DNA of 64,000 bases from Bacilli bacterium (GTDB lineage: Bacteria; Bacillota_I; Bacilli_A; RF39; UBA660). Of this stretch, positions 30,651-38,754 are shown one piece after another. The notes below the pieces were generated by a model. The model did not search any database and had not been told where the DNA came from. It worked only from the letters and a program-made list of their open reading frames with translations. The translations under genes were made by a program, and so were the position numbers. Positions within the stretch are counted from its first letter, which is position 1; the number at the start of each line of letters is the position of its first letter. The stretch spans positions 421-64,420 of the forward strand of contig JAFXOW010000028.1 of NCBI GenBank assembly GCA_017528315.1, written 5' to 3'.

Positions 30651-30679
30651 TTGACAATTATGCAAAAATGTGGTATAAT
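30651..30679 (+). promoter_or_regulatory. Consensus sigma-A promoter
   Basis: TTGACA (30651-30656), a 17-nt spacer ending in TGg, then TATAAT (30674-30679). Confidence 0.7.
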
Positions 30680-30724
30680 ATGTGCAACTTTATGGTAGTA
30701 TGCAGTAGTTTATAAGGGGGGAAT

Positions 30725-31459
30725 ATGGAGATATTAGAATATAGTCCTTTTACACTTAAAGATGTAATAGAAGATGCTAAGTTAATAAGTGATAAAGGTT
30801 ATAGTGGTGCAGTATTCTTATATGATGGAAAATTAATAAAATTACACAAAAGACTTTATCAAGATTTGAAAGTAAATTCTAGAAATCTTTCTGAAAGACG
30901 ATTTAATGATATTTATAGATGGGATAAAAGACCATTTGTTGAAAGAGAACAAATAGAATATTTATGCAATATTCAACCAGAAATTCATCTAACCGACTTT
31001 GATAAAGGTTTAGTTTTAGTTAATGACCAAATATGTGGTACAATTTTAACTAAACATCTAGATTATCAAGATTTGACTGATATAGAATTTGATAATCCTA
31101 AAAGACTTATTGTTATATTAAAAAATATTTTATTAGCTTTAAAAGAACTAGAAAACCATGAAATAAGTCATTTAGATTTAGCAAAAGGGGAAACAGGTAA
31201 AAATATAACTTTAAATATTTTATATAAAAATAATGATATAAAATTATGTGATGTAAGTGGAAAATATTTAACTTATAAAGAAACATTTGATGCTGAAGAA
31301 ATGTATAGAGAATATATGAGAACAGTTGTATTTTTATTAGAAAAAATTGTAAAAGTATATCCTGAATATACTAATTTATTAAATCTTTTTAATAAGGAAT
31401 TAACAACTTATGAAGAAAGCTTAAATATGATTGATTGTATAGAAAATAAATTAAAATAA
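30725..31459 (+). CDS. Atypical protein-kinase-like fold protein (hypothetical)
   Basis: GAVFLYDGKLIKL (beta3-Lys-like). ENHEISHLDLAKGE...NILY resembles an HxD catalytic loop with an insertion. LCDVSG resembles DFG. No glycine-rich loop is seen. Confidence 0.35.
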   Translation: MEILEYSPFTLKDVIEDAKLISDKGYSGAVFLYDGKLIKLHKRLYQDLKVNSRNLSERRFNDIYRWDKRPFVEREQIEYLCNIQPEIHLTDFDKGLVLVNDQICGTILTKHLDYQDLTDIEFDNPKRLIVILKNILLALKELENHEISHLDLAKGETGKNITLNILYKNNDIKLCDVSGKYLTYKETFDAEEMYREYMRTVVFLLEKIVKVYPEYTNLLNLFNKELTTYEESLNMIDCIENKLK

Positions 31460-31471
31460 GGGGGAATTATA

Positions 31472-32323
31472 ATGAAAGATAATATTATGGATTTTAATGC
31501 TTTAAAAAGATTAAAATTAATTGAAAATATATTAAAAAGTAATGGGAACTATCGTTTATTATGTATAGACGTTGATGATGTTATTTTTAATACTGAACCA
31601 TTAATGCAAGAACAATTAAAGGAAATTGATTATCGAGCAACTAGTAAATATCGTGAAAAAATAGCTCATAGATCAAGTGAAGATACTCGTGAATTAAATG
31701 AAAAATCATATGATATTTTAGATGCTATTTTAGAAGAGATGTCTTATGTTGATTATGATGATGAAAAAGAAAAAACAACTATAAAAAATTTTAAACCAGT
31801 TGATTATAAAAAAATTTATCAAAGACAAAATTTATTAGAAAATGCGGTTTTATTTGTTAAAAGTATATTAGATAGTAGAGAGGAAAGTGATTTTGTAATT
31901 TTCTTATCTCATAGAAATCCAGAACGAGAAGGAATTGTTAAAACCAAAATATTATATGAGTTGTTTCCAGAAGTAGATGCTATTGAAATTTTACCATTTC
32001 ATTTAGAACGTGGTTCAAAAGTAGTTAATAGTAAAGCTTTATGGTTAAAACAAGTTTATAATTTAGAAAGTTTAAATAATTGTTATTTAATAGATAATGC
32101 TAGAAAAAATTGTAAAGATTTTAAAATGCATGGTGGAAATTTTATAAGATATTTACAAGATGGATTTGATGAAGAAAGCACACTTTCTGATTATATGTCA
32201 AAATTAACCAACTTAGATCCGTATATGTTACAATTTGCTGTTTCTTTTGTCAACTATTGTCGAAATAACCCGGATTACTTAAAAGAAGTTGATATAAGTA
32301 TGGATAAAGTAAAAAGTTTATAG
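31472..32323 (+). CDS. HAD-superfamily protein resembling 5'(3')-deoxyribonucleotidase (NT5C-like)
   Basis: HAD motif I LLCIDVDDVIF (DxDxV), motif II FLSH, and motif IV-like YLIDNARKN. Confidence 0.4.
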   Translation: MKDNIMDFNALKRLKLIENILKSNGNYRLLCIDVDDVIFNTEPLMQEQLKEIDYRATSKYREKIAHRSSEDTRELNEKSYDILDAILEEMSYVDYDDEKEKTTIKNFKPVDYKKIYQRQNLLENAVLFVKSILDSREESDFVIFLSHRNPEREGIVKTKILYELFPEVDAIEILPFHLERGSKVVNSKALWLKQVYNLESLNNCYLIDNARKNCKDFKMHGGNFIRYLQDGFDEESTLSDYMSKLTNLDPYMLQFAVSFVNYCRNNPDYLKEVDISMDKVKSL

Positions 32324-32325
32324 TA

Positions 32326-32351
32326 AAAAGACGTCCTAAAAAACGTCTTTT
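32326..32351. terminator. Bidirectional terminator between convergent genes
   Basis: AAAAGACGT / ACGTCTTTT 9-bp stem with an 8-nt loop. An A-run and a T-run flank it. Confidence 0.7.
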
Positions 32352-32613
32352 AATAATAGAAATTTTGAGTATATGGAACAGGATATCCTTGATATGGGAC
32401 ACCACTTGGAAAATAAACAGGAATTGGTCCACCATAATTATAGTTTGGTCTACCAAGTAGATATCCTCCAACTCCTCCTAAAAGGAATGGACCTAAAAAT
32501 CCTCCTCCAAAAAATCTATCATCGTCGGAGAAGTTTGGTCTCATTGGAGGTGTTGGTCTATTAAAATTTCTTTGATTAAAATTTCTATTTTGTGGTATAT
32601 TATATGTATACAT
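32350..32613 (-). CDS. Small Gly/Pro/Tyr/Asn-rich low-complexity protein (87 aa)
   Basis: Strong SD AAAGGAG 7 nt before the ATG on the minus strand, and a terminator directly downstream. The sequence contains FFGGGFLGPFLLGGVGGYLLGRPNYNYGGPIPVYFPSGVPYQGYPVPY. Confidence 0.6.
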   Translation of the reverse strand: MYTYNIPQNRNFNQRNFNRPTPPMRPNFSDDDRFFGGGFLGPFLLGGVGGYLLGRPNYNYGGPIPVYFPSGVPYQGYPVPYTQNFYY

Positions 32614-32660
32614 AAATACTCCTTTCCATGGTATTTTATGTAAATTAGGAGGAATGTTTA

Positions 32661-33764
32661 ATGGATAGAATAAAAAAATTAAGTGAAATAATCGTTAATC
32701 ATAGTGTTAAAGTAAAAGAAAATGATAAAGTTTTAATAACTTATATGGCAAGGGATGCTGATTATTTTGTTAAATGCTTGGTTAAAAATGTTTTAAAAAA
32801 TAAAGGAATACCTTGTGTTAAATATAAGGATCCAGAACTTGAAGATTTAATTAAAAATAAATTAAATGATAAAATTATCGAAAATAGAAAAAATATTTTA
32901 GAATTTGAAGTATCTGAATATGATAGTTTTATTCAAATACATTCTAATTTAAGTGATTATTATGAAAAAAATGTTGATAAAAATATGTCTAATAAAATGA
33001 AAGAGACATTAAAACCTTTTAAAGATATTTTAGTAAATAAAAGGCATTGGGTTCTTTTGAATTATCCTAGTTTAGTGGATGCTTATAAAGCTGGAATGAC
33101 GTATGAAGAGTTTTTTAACTTTGCGTTAGATGTAATGACAGTTGATTATGATAAAATGTATAAAGATATGTTACCTTTAAAAAAATTAATGGAGCGTACT
33201 GATAAAGTAAGAATAACAGGAAAAAACACTGATATTACTTTTAGTATTAAAGGACTTCCAGCTATTATTTGTAGTGGGGAATCAAATATTCCTGATGGTG
33301 AAGTATTTACTGCACCGGTTAAAAATTTCGTAAATGGAACAATTACTTATAATACTCCAAGTCCTTATAATGGGTATGTTTATCATGATGTAAGCTTAAC
33401 TTTTAAAGATGGGAAAATAGTGGAATGTCATGCATCTAATGATGAAGATAAATTACAGGAATTATTTGAAACTGATGAAGGGAGTAAATATGTTGGAGAG
33501 TTCTCTTTTGGTTTAAACCCTAAAATAATGAAACCAATGGGAGATATATTGTTTGACGAGAAAATAGCTGGTAGTATTCATTTTACACCGGGATCAGCTT
33601 ATTCGGAATGTGACAATGGTAATAAATCCAACATTCACTTTGATATGGTTTTAATTCAAAGAGAAGAATTTGGTGGAGGAGATATCTATTTTGATGATGT
33701 TTTAGTAAGACATGATGGAAAGTTTGTTCTAGAAGAATTAAAAAATTTAAATTACGAAGAATAG
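32661..33764 (+). CDS. Aminopeptidase, M29 (AmpS/PepS) family
   Basis: 367 aa with LNYPS...AGMTYEEF, IPDGEVFTAP, GEFSFGLNP and AGSIHFTPGSAY. Confidence 0.75.
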   Translation: MDRIKKLSEIIVNHSVKVKENDKVLITYMARDADYFVKCLVKNVLKNKGIPCVKYKDPELEDLIKNKLNDKIIENRKNILEFEVSEYDSFIQIHSNLSDYYEKNVDKNMSNKMKETLKPFKDILVNKRHWVLLNYPSLVDAYKAGMTYEEFFNFALDVMTVDYDKMYKDMLPLKKLMERTDKVRITGKNTDITFSIKGLPAIICSGESNIPDGEVFTAPVKNFVNGTITYNTPSPYNGYVYHDVSLTFKDGKIVECHASNDEDKLQELFETDEGSKYVGEFSFGLNPKIMKPMGDILFDEKIAGSIHFTPGSAYSECDNGNKSNIHFDMVLIQREEFGGGDIYFDDVLVRHDGKFVLEELKNLNYEE

Positions 33765-33783
33765 TTTTTTAACTATTTTTTTC
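33760..33783 (+). terminator. Intrinsic terminator
   Basis: AATAGTT/AACTATT stem, TTTT loop, then a T-run. Confidence 0.55.
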
Positions 33784-33836
33784 TTGAAAAAAATTTTATC
33801 TATGATAATATATAATTATAATAGGAGTTATATAAT

Positions 33837-35078
33837 ATGGTGAAAAAAAATAAAAAGAAAATAGTAATTATATTCTTGTTTATATTAGGTATTTGTTTAG
33901 TAACAATTGGAACTATTTATTTTATTAAAAGAAATAATGCTATAAAACAAGAACAGTTAGAACAAGAAAAAATTAAGAATACAATTGTTTCAACTTTAAC
34001 AATAGATGTTAATCCAAGTATAGAAATAAATTTAAATAAAGATAATCTTGTAGTATTAGTTAAAGGATTAAATGAAGAGAGTATAAATTTATTAAATAAT
34101 CAAGATTTTAAATATCAAAAATTAGAGAAAGTTTTTGATAATTTAGTTAAATTATTGAAAGATAATAAGTATTTAGAAAGTGATACTAATACTATTTTAG
34201 TAAATGTTACAAGTGAAGATAAAAATGTTGAAAGTTTAGTTAAAGAAAATTTAGAAAAAGTAACCAAAGAAAATAATATCAGTACCGAAATAATAATATT
34301 AGCACTTGAAGAAACAGAAGAATTAAAGAAAATTGCTGAAGAAAATAATATAACTATTGGAAAGGCTTACTATATAGAAGAACAATTAAAGAATCAAGAG
34401 GGATTAACGATAGAAGATTTAAAAGATACATCTATTAATGAAATAAAGAATAAAATAGAAGATGTAAAAACACAATTAGAACAAGAAAAATTAAAGAAGG
34501 AGGAAGAAGAAAAGACTAATACTAATGTTAATAATAATGGTGGTAGTTCTAGTAGTTGTACGCCTCCAAGTAATTTAAAGGATCCTAGTTGGTGTAGTTT
34601 TAATGTTTCTCGTCCTCAATGGTGCGAATATTATTATTCAGAAAAGATGAATCAGTATACTAATTCTCAAAAGCAATTACAAAGACTTGGAATAGGAGAA
34701 TTTGGTACTATTGGAAGATATGCAACTGAAAAACAGGATTCTAGAAGTTCTTATTGTTTAGCTTATAAAGATGTTATTACTACTCGTGAATATCGTTATA
34801 CAATACTATCAGATTCCGTAACTGGAGAATTAATTGAAGAAACCTACGAAAAAGTTCCAACTTTTGTCGATGAAAATATAGTAAAACAACATTCTTTAAA
34901 TTATTTCAATTTACAAGAAGAAGATTGTCGAATGGTTTGGGTATCATTAAGTACAGAAGCAGAAGGTGGACCAAATTGGTATTACCGTTATCAAGTAAAT
35001 ATAGATCTTCCTGATGGCACAATTCATACAGTAAACTATAATGCTATAACGGGTAATTTAGTAAATGTTTTTAGATAA
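33837..35078 (+). CDS. Membrane-anchored protein with a coiled-coil/Glu-Lys-rich linker and a Cys/Trp-rich C-terminal domain (hypothetical)
   Basis: N-terminal TM. IDVNPSIEINLNKDNLVVLVKGLNEES resembles the segment after the TM in RsgI-type anti-sigma-like proteins. The C-terminus ends NYNAITGNLVNVFR, which is PepSY-like. Confidence 0.35.
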   Translation: MVKKNKKKIVIIFLFILGICLVTIGTIYFIKRNNAIKQEQLEQEKIKNTIVSTLTIDVNPSIEINLNKDNLVVLVKGLNEESINLLNNQDFKYQKLEKVFDNLVKLLKDNKYLESDTNTILVNVTSEDKNVESLVKENLEKVTKENNISTEIIILALEETEELKKIAEENNITIGKAYYIEEQLKNQEGLTIEDLKDTSINEIKNKIEDVKTQLEQEKLKKEEEEKTNTNVNNNGGSSSSCTPPSNLKDPSWCSFNVSRPQWCEYYYSEKMNQYTNSQKQLQRLGIGEFGTIGRYATEKQDSRSSYCLAYKDVITTREYRYTILSDSVTGELIEETYEKVPTFVDENIVKQHSLNYFNLQEEDCRMVWVSLSTEAEGGPNWYYRYQVNIDLPDGTIHTVNYNAITGNLVNVFR

Positions 35079-35124
35079 AAATATTGTCAAAAATTAACAT
35101 GTAAAGAGAAAAAATATTCTGGAA

Positions 35125-35147
35125 TTTAGATTATATATATATCTAAA
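35125..35147. promoter_or_regulatory. 23-bp perfect palindrome upstream of nrdD (candidate operator)
   Basis: TTTAGAT-TATATATAT-ATCTAAA. Confidence 0.35.
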
Positions 35148-35289
35148 AGGAAAGAATGTTTTTTTTGTAACTTTTTTATAAAACCGGAAATGTAAATATA
35201 AAAATATTTTTAAAAAATGAACAAAAAAACATTTACAAAATATAATAATTATAATATGATTAGTGTACAGAAAACAGAGAGGTAAAGAT

Positions 35290-37563
35290 ATGGAAAGAAA
35301 TATTTTAACAGACATAGTAGTTGTAAAACGAAGTGGTCAAAGAGTTAGTTTTAATCCAACTAAAGTAGCAATTGCTATTAAAAAAGGATTTGATAGTATC
35401 TATTCAGATTATGATGAAAAGATAGTTAATAAAGTAAAAGAAAAGGTACTTGATACCATTGAGAAAGAATATAAAGATAGAAAAACAATTGGTGTTGAAG
35501 ATATTCAAGATGTAATAGAAAATGTTTTAAAGAAAATGAAGTATGAAGATGTTTATGAATCATATAAAGAATATCGTGAAAGGCGTGCAGCGAGCCGTGA
35601 TGCGTTTGTTGGAAAGCAACAACATAAATTTGTTAAAGCAATAGAGGCTTTAGGTCTTAAAAGTGCAGCTGAAGAGAATTCTAAGAGGGAAAACGCGAAT
35701 GTTGATGGAGATGGACCAATGGGAACAATGCTTCATTTTGGTTCAACGGTTTCTAAAGAATTTGCTAAAGCTTATCTTATGGATAACAAATATGCTAAAG
35801 CTCATGATGAGGGAGCAATTCATATTCATGATTTAGATTTTTGGGCAATGGGAACAACAACTTGTACACAGATAGATTTAAATAAATTATTTAAAAATGG
35901 TTTTTCAACAGGACATGGTTATTTAAGAACTCCTAATTCAATTGGAAGTTATGCAAGTCTTGCTGCTATTGCTATTCAATCTAATCAAAATGAACAACAT
36001 GGTGGACAAAGTATTCCAGCTTTTGATTATTATATGGCTCCTGGGGTACTTAAAACATTTAAAAAAGAATTTAAACAAGAATTAAGTGAAATGTTAGAAC
36101 TTGAAGGATTTATAGGTTTAATAAAATTTGATAAAGTAATTGAAATAATAGATAAATTAGAAAGTATAGAGTTTGATTTAGAAATATTTAAAGAATATAT
36201 AGAAAAATCAGAAAGACTTGAAGAAATATTTAAAAAAGCTTATCAGAATGCTTGGAATAAAACAGATAGACAAACTTATCAAGCAATGGAAGGATTTATT
36301 CATAACTTAAATACAATGCACTCTCGTGCTGGAGCTCAAGTACCATTTTCTAGTGTAAACTTTGGAACTGATATATCGCCAGAAGGTCGAATGGTAATTA
36401 AAAATTATTTACTAGCAACTGATGCTGGACTTGGTCATGGTGAAACACCAATCTTCCCAATTTCAATTTTTAAAGTAAAAGAAGGAGTAAACTATAATAA
36501 AGAAGATCCAAGTTATGATTTATTTAGACTTGCTTGCAAGGTATCAGCTAAAAGATTATTTCCTAATTTCTCATTTTTAGATTCAAGCTTTAATAAGGCT
36601 TTATATAAAGAAGGAGATTATACAACTGAAGTTGGTTATATGGGATGTCGTACTCGTGTTCTTGCAAATGTCTGTGGTCCTCAAGTTACACCTGGACGTG
36701 GAAATTTAAGCTTTACATCAGTTAACTTACCAAGACTTGGTATAAAATATGGTATTGCATTAGGTGAACGTGATAAGGCTGATATGAAAGGCTTCTATAA
36801 AGAACTTGATGATATGATGGATTTAGTTAAAGGACAACTTCTTCAAAGATTTGAATGTCAATGTTCTAAATCTCAAAGAAATTTCAAATTTTTACTTGGT
36901 TCACATGTTTGGATCAATAGTGAAAAATTAGAACCTAATTCTAAACTTAGAACCGTTTTAAAACACGGAACTTTATCAATTGGTTTTATTGGACTTGCTG
37001 AAACCCTTAAAGCTTTAATAGGTGAACATCACGGAGAAAGTGAAAAAGCTCAAAAATTAGGACTTGAAATTATTAAGCATATGCGTGAAAAGTGTGATGA
37101 ATATACTAAAGAATACAATTTGAATTTTACTTGTCTTGCAACACCAGCTGAAGGACTTTCAGGAAGGTTTGTAGCTATTGATAAATCAATTTATGGAAAA
37201 CTTAAAGGAATTACGGATAGAGATTATTATACCAATTCTTTCCATGTACCAGTTTATTATAAGACAACCGTAAAACATAAAATGGAAGTGGAAGGTAAAT
37301 ATCATAAACTTACTAATGCTGGGCATATTTCTTATGTAGAACTTGATGGTGATACTGTTAATAATGTTGATGCTTTTGAAAGTGTTGTGAGAATTATGCA
37401 TGACTCTGATGTTGGCTATGGTGCTATTAATCATCCAGTTGATAGGGATCCGGTATGTGGATATGTTGGAGTTATCAAAGATGTTTGTCCAAGATGTGGT
37501 CGTCATGAAGGTGAAGGAGTTGAAATGGAAAAAGTAAATTGTTACGATTGTTGTGGTCGTTAA
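35290..37563 (+). CDS. nrdD: Anaerobic ribonucleoside-triphosphate reductase large chain (class III RNR), ending after the Zn ribbon and lacking the glycyl-radical loop
   Basis: Start trimmed to the ATG after AGAGAGG. Has an N-terminal ATP-cone (VVKRSGQRVSFNPTKVAIAIKKGF), then IHIHDLD, TTCTQIDL, PFSSVNFGT and GRGNLSFTSVNLPRLG. The C-terminal Zn ribbon is CPRCG...CYDCCGR, followed by TAA at 37561-37563. Confidence 0.9.
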   Translation: MERNILTDIVVVKRSGQRVSFNPTKVAIAIKKGFDSIYSDYDEKIVNKVKEKVLDTIEKEYKDRKTIGVEDIQDVIENVLKKMKYEDVYESYKEYRERRAASRDAFVGKQQHKFVKAIEALGLKSAAEENSKRENANVDGDGPMGTMLHFGSTVSKEFAKAYLMDNKYAKAHDEGAIHIHDLDFWAMGTTTCTQIDLNKLFKNGFSTGHGYLRTPNSIGSYASLAAIAIQSNQNEQHGGQSIPAFDYYMAPGVLKTFKKEFKQELSEMLELEGFIGLIKFDKVIEIIDKLESIEFDLEIFKEYIEKSERLEEIFKKAYQNAWNKTDRQTYQAMEGFIHNLNTMHSRAGAQVPFSSVNFGTDISPEGRMVIKNYLLATDAGLGHGETPIFPISIFKVKEGVNYNKEDPSYDLFRLACKVSAKRLFPNFSFLDSSFNKALYKEGDYTTEVGYMGCRTRVLANVCGPQVTPGRGNLSFTSVNLPRLGIKYGIALGERDKADMKGFYKELDDMMDLVKGQLLQRFECQCSKSQRNFKFLLGSHVWINSEKLEPNSKLRTVLKHGTLSIGFIGLAETLKALIGEHHGESEKAQKLGLEIIKHMREKCDEYTKEYNLNFTCLATPAEGLSGRFVAIDKSIYGKLKGITDRDYYTNSFHVPVYYKTTVKHKMEVEGKYHKLTNAGHISYVELDGDTVNNVDAFESVVRIMHDSDVGYGAINHPVDRDPVCGYVGVIKDVCPRCGRHEGEGVEMEKVNCYDCCGR

Positions 37564-37599
37564 TTGATAATTAAAGAAAAAAGGAAGGAGAAATTTATT

Positions 37600-37755
37600 A
37601 TGGAAAAAGAAAAAAGAAATGTTAAAACAATTGGAGAAGGAGTTAAATTTGATAGAATTAGAAGAATAACAGGATATCTTGTTGGTACTCTAGATAGATT
37701 CAACAATGCTAAAAAAGAAGAAGTAAACGATAGAGTATGTCATGGAACTAAATAA
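37600..37755 (+). CDS. Free-standing glycyl-radical domain peptide of class III RNR (51 aa)
   Basis: AGGAAGGAG (37582-37590) lies 9 nt before the ATG. MEKEKRNVKTIGEGVKFDRIRRITGYLVGTLDRFNNAKKEEVNDRVCHGTK carries the R-x-x-G-Y-L radical motif and the N-x-x-K-x-x-E-x-x-x-R-V-x-H tail, which normally form the NrdD C-terminus. It is in the same frame as nrdD. Confidence 0.6.
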   Translation: MEKEKRNVKTIGEGVKFDRIRRITGYLVGTLDRFNNAKKEEVNDRVCHGTK

Positions 37756-38314
37756 AAAAGGATACATAAGACTTGCAGCTGACTTACAAACGGATAGTAT
37801 AGTAGATGGACCTGGACTTCGAGCTGTTCTTTGGACTCAGGGGTGTGGACATCACTGTCGTGGATGTCAAAATCCCCAGACTTGGGATTTTAATGGTGGA
37901 GGACTAGTTCCAATTAGTATGGTTAAGGATGCTATAGCAGAACTTGAATATCATACTGGACTTACTATCAGTGGAGGCGATCCGATGTATCAAGTTGAAT
38001 CTTGTTTAGAAATTGCTAAATATGCAAAATCTTTAGGATTAAATATTTGGGTTTATACAGGATTTACTTTTGAAGAACTTTTAAAATTATCCAAAACTGA
38101 ACCGATTTATTTAGAATTTTTAAAAATAATAGATGTTTTAGTTGATGGAAGATTCATTCTAGAAGAAAGAGATTTAAGTATTCTTTTTCGAGGTTCAAGA
38201 AATCAGAGGTTAATTGATGTACAAAAAACTCTTGAAAATAAAAATGTTGTCTTATTTGATGAACAAGAATATTTAGAACAAGGAAAGTTTAAAAAAACTC
38301 CAATGTTTATATAA
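37742..38314 (+). CDS. nrdG: Anaerobic ribonucleotide reductase activating protein (radical SAM)
   Basis: DGPGLRAVLWTQGCGHHCRGCQNPQTW contains the CxxxCxxC cluster motif. ATG overlaps the preceding ORF by 14 nt. Confidence 0.9.
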   Translation: MELNKKGYIRLAADLQTDSIVDGPGLRAVLWTQGCGHHCRGCQNPQTWDFNGGGLVPISMVKDAIAELEYHTGLTISGGDPMYQVESCLEIAKYAKSLGLNIWVYTGFTFEELLKLSKTEPIYLEFLKIIDVLVDGRFILEERDLSILFRGSRNQRLIDVQKTLENKNVVLFDEQEYLEQGKFKKTPMFI

Positions 38315-38319
38315 AATAA

Positions 38320-38350
38320 AAAGCTTATTAATCAATAATAAGTTTTTTTT
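38320..38350 (+). terminator. Intrinsic terminator of the nrd operon
   Basis: CTTATTA/TAATAAG stem (extendable through A-T and G-U pairs), loop ATCAA, then T8. Confidence 0.65.
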
Positions 38351-38482
38351 AGATAAAATTAAGATTACTAATCTATATTTATAAACTATAATTTATATGA
38401 TTAGGGTAAATTTTATTTAAAAAAAATTAAAATCGACAAAAATTGACATAATTTGAGTTATTAATTACTTATAATTGTACTG

Positions 38483-38581
38483 ATGCATATGATAATAGTT
38501 ATATTTTTAATAATAATTTTTTTGTTTATAATTTGGACAATGCTTCGAATTGCCAGTATTTCTGATAAAAGAAGAAAGTAA
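38483..38581 (+). CDS. Possible small hydrophobic peptide (32 aa, type-I-toxin-like shape)
   Basis: MHMIIVIFLIIIFLFIIWTMLRIASISDKRRK has one TM plus a basic tail. There is no SD. TATAAT (38470-38475) sits 7 nt upstream, so it would have to be leaderless. Confidence 0.2.
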   Translation: MHMIIVIFLIIIFLFIIWTMLRIASISDKRRK

Positions 38582-38672
38582 ATAATAAACTGTAATAATT
38601 TTATAAAAAAGTATTTGCTATAAAAAGAATTTAATTAAGATAATTAACAAATAATTAAAACTTAAGTAAGCT

Positions 38673-38693
38673 ATTTGACAATATATGTCAAAT
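38673..38693. promoter_or_regulatory. Inverted repeat ATTTGAC-N7-GTCAAAT upstream of 38755 (candidate operator)
   Basis: Perfect 7-bp arms. It contains a TTGACA hexamer. Confidence 0.35.
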
Positions 38694-38754
38694 ATATTTC
38701 TTTTTTAATTTATTTTTCTTATAATAATTATGTAATATAGAGAGTAGATGAAAT

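Noticed and set aside
32250-32564. Two competing ORFs (32250..32471 minus, 32373..32564 plus) overlapping the Gly/Pro/Tyr-rich ORF
   Set aside because: Neither has an SD. The first would run through the bidirectional terminator and into the HAD gene. The 32350..32613 minus ORF has AAAGGAG-7 nt-ATG and ends at the terminator.
35094-35315. 73-aa minus-strand ORF in the nrdD upstream region
   Set aside because: It covers the nrdD promoter, palindrome, SD and start, and has a hydrophobic low-complexity translation. It is best read as non-coding regulatory DNA.
37186-37506. 106-aa minus-strand ORF inside nrdD
   Set aside because: It is antisense to the conserved C-terminal part of NrdD.
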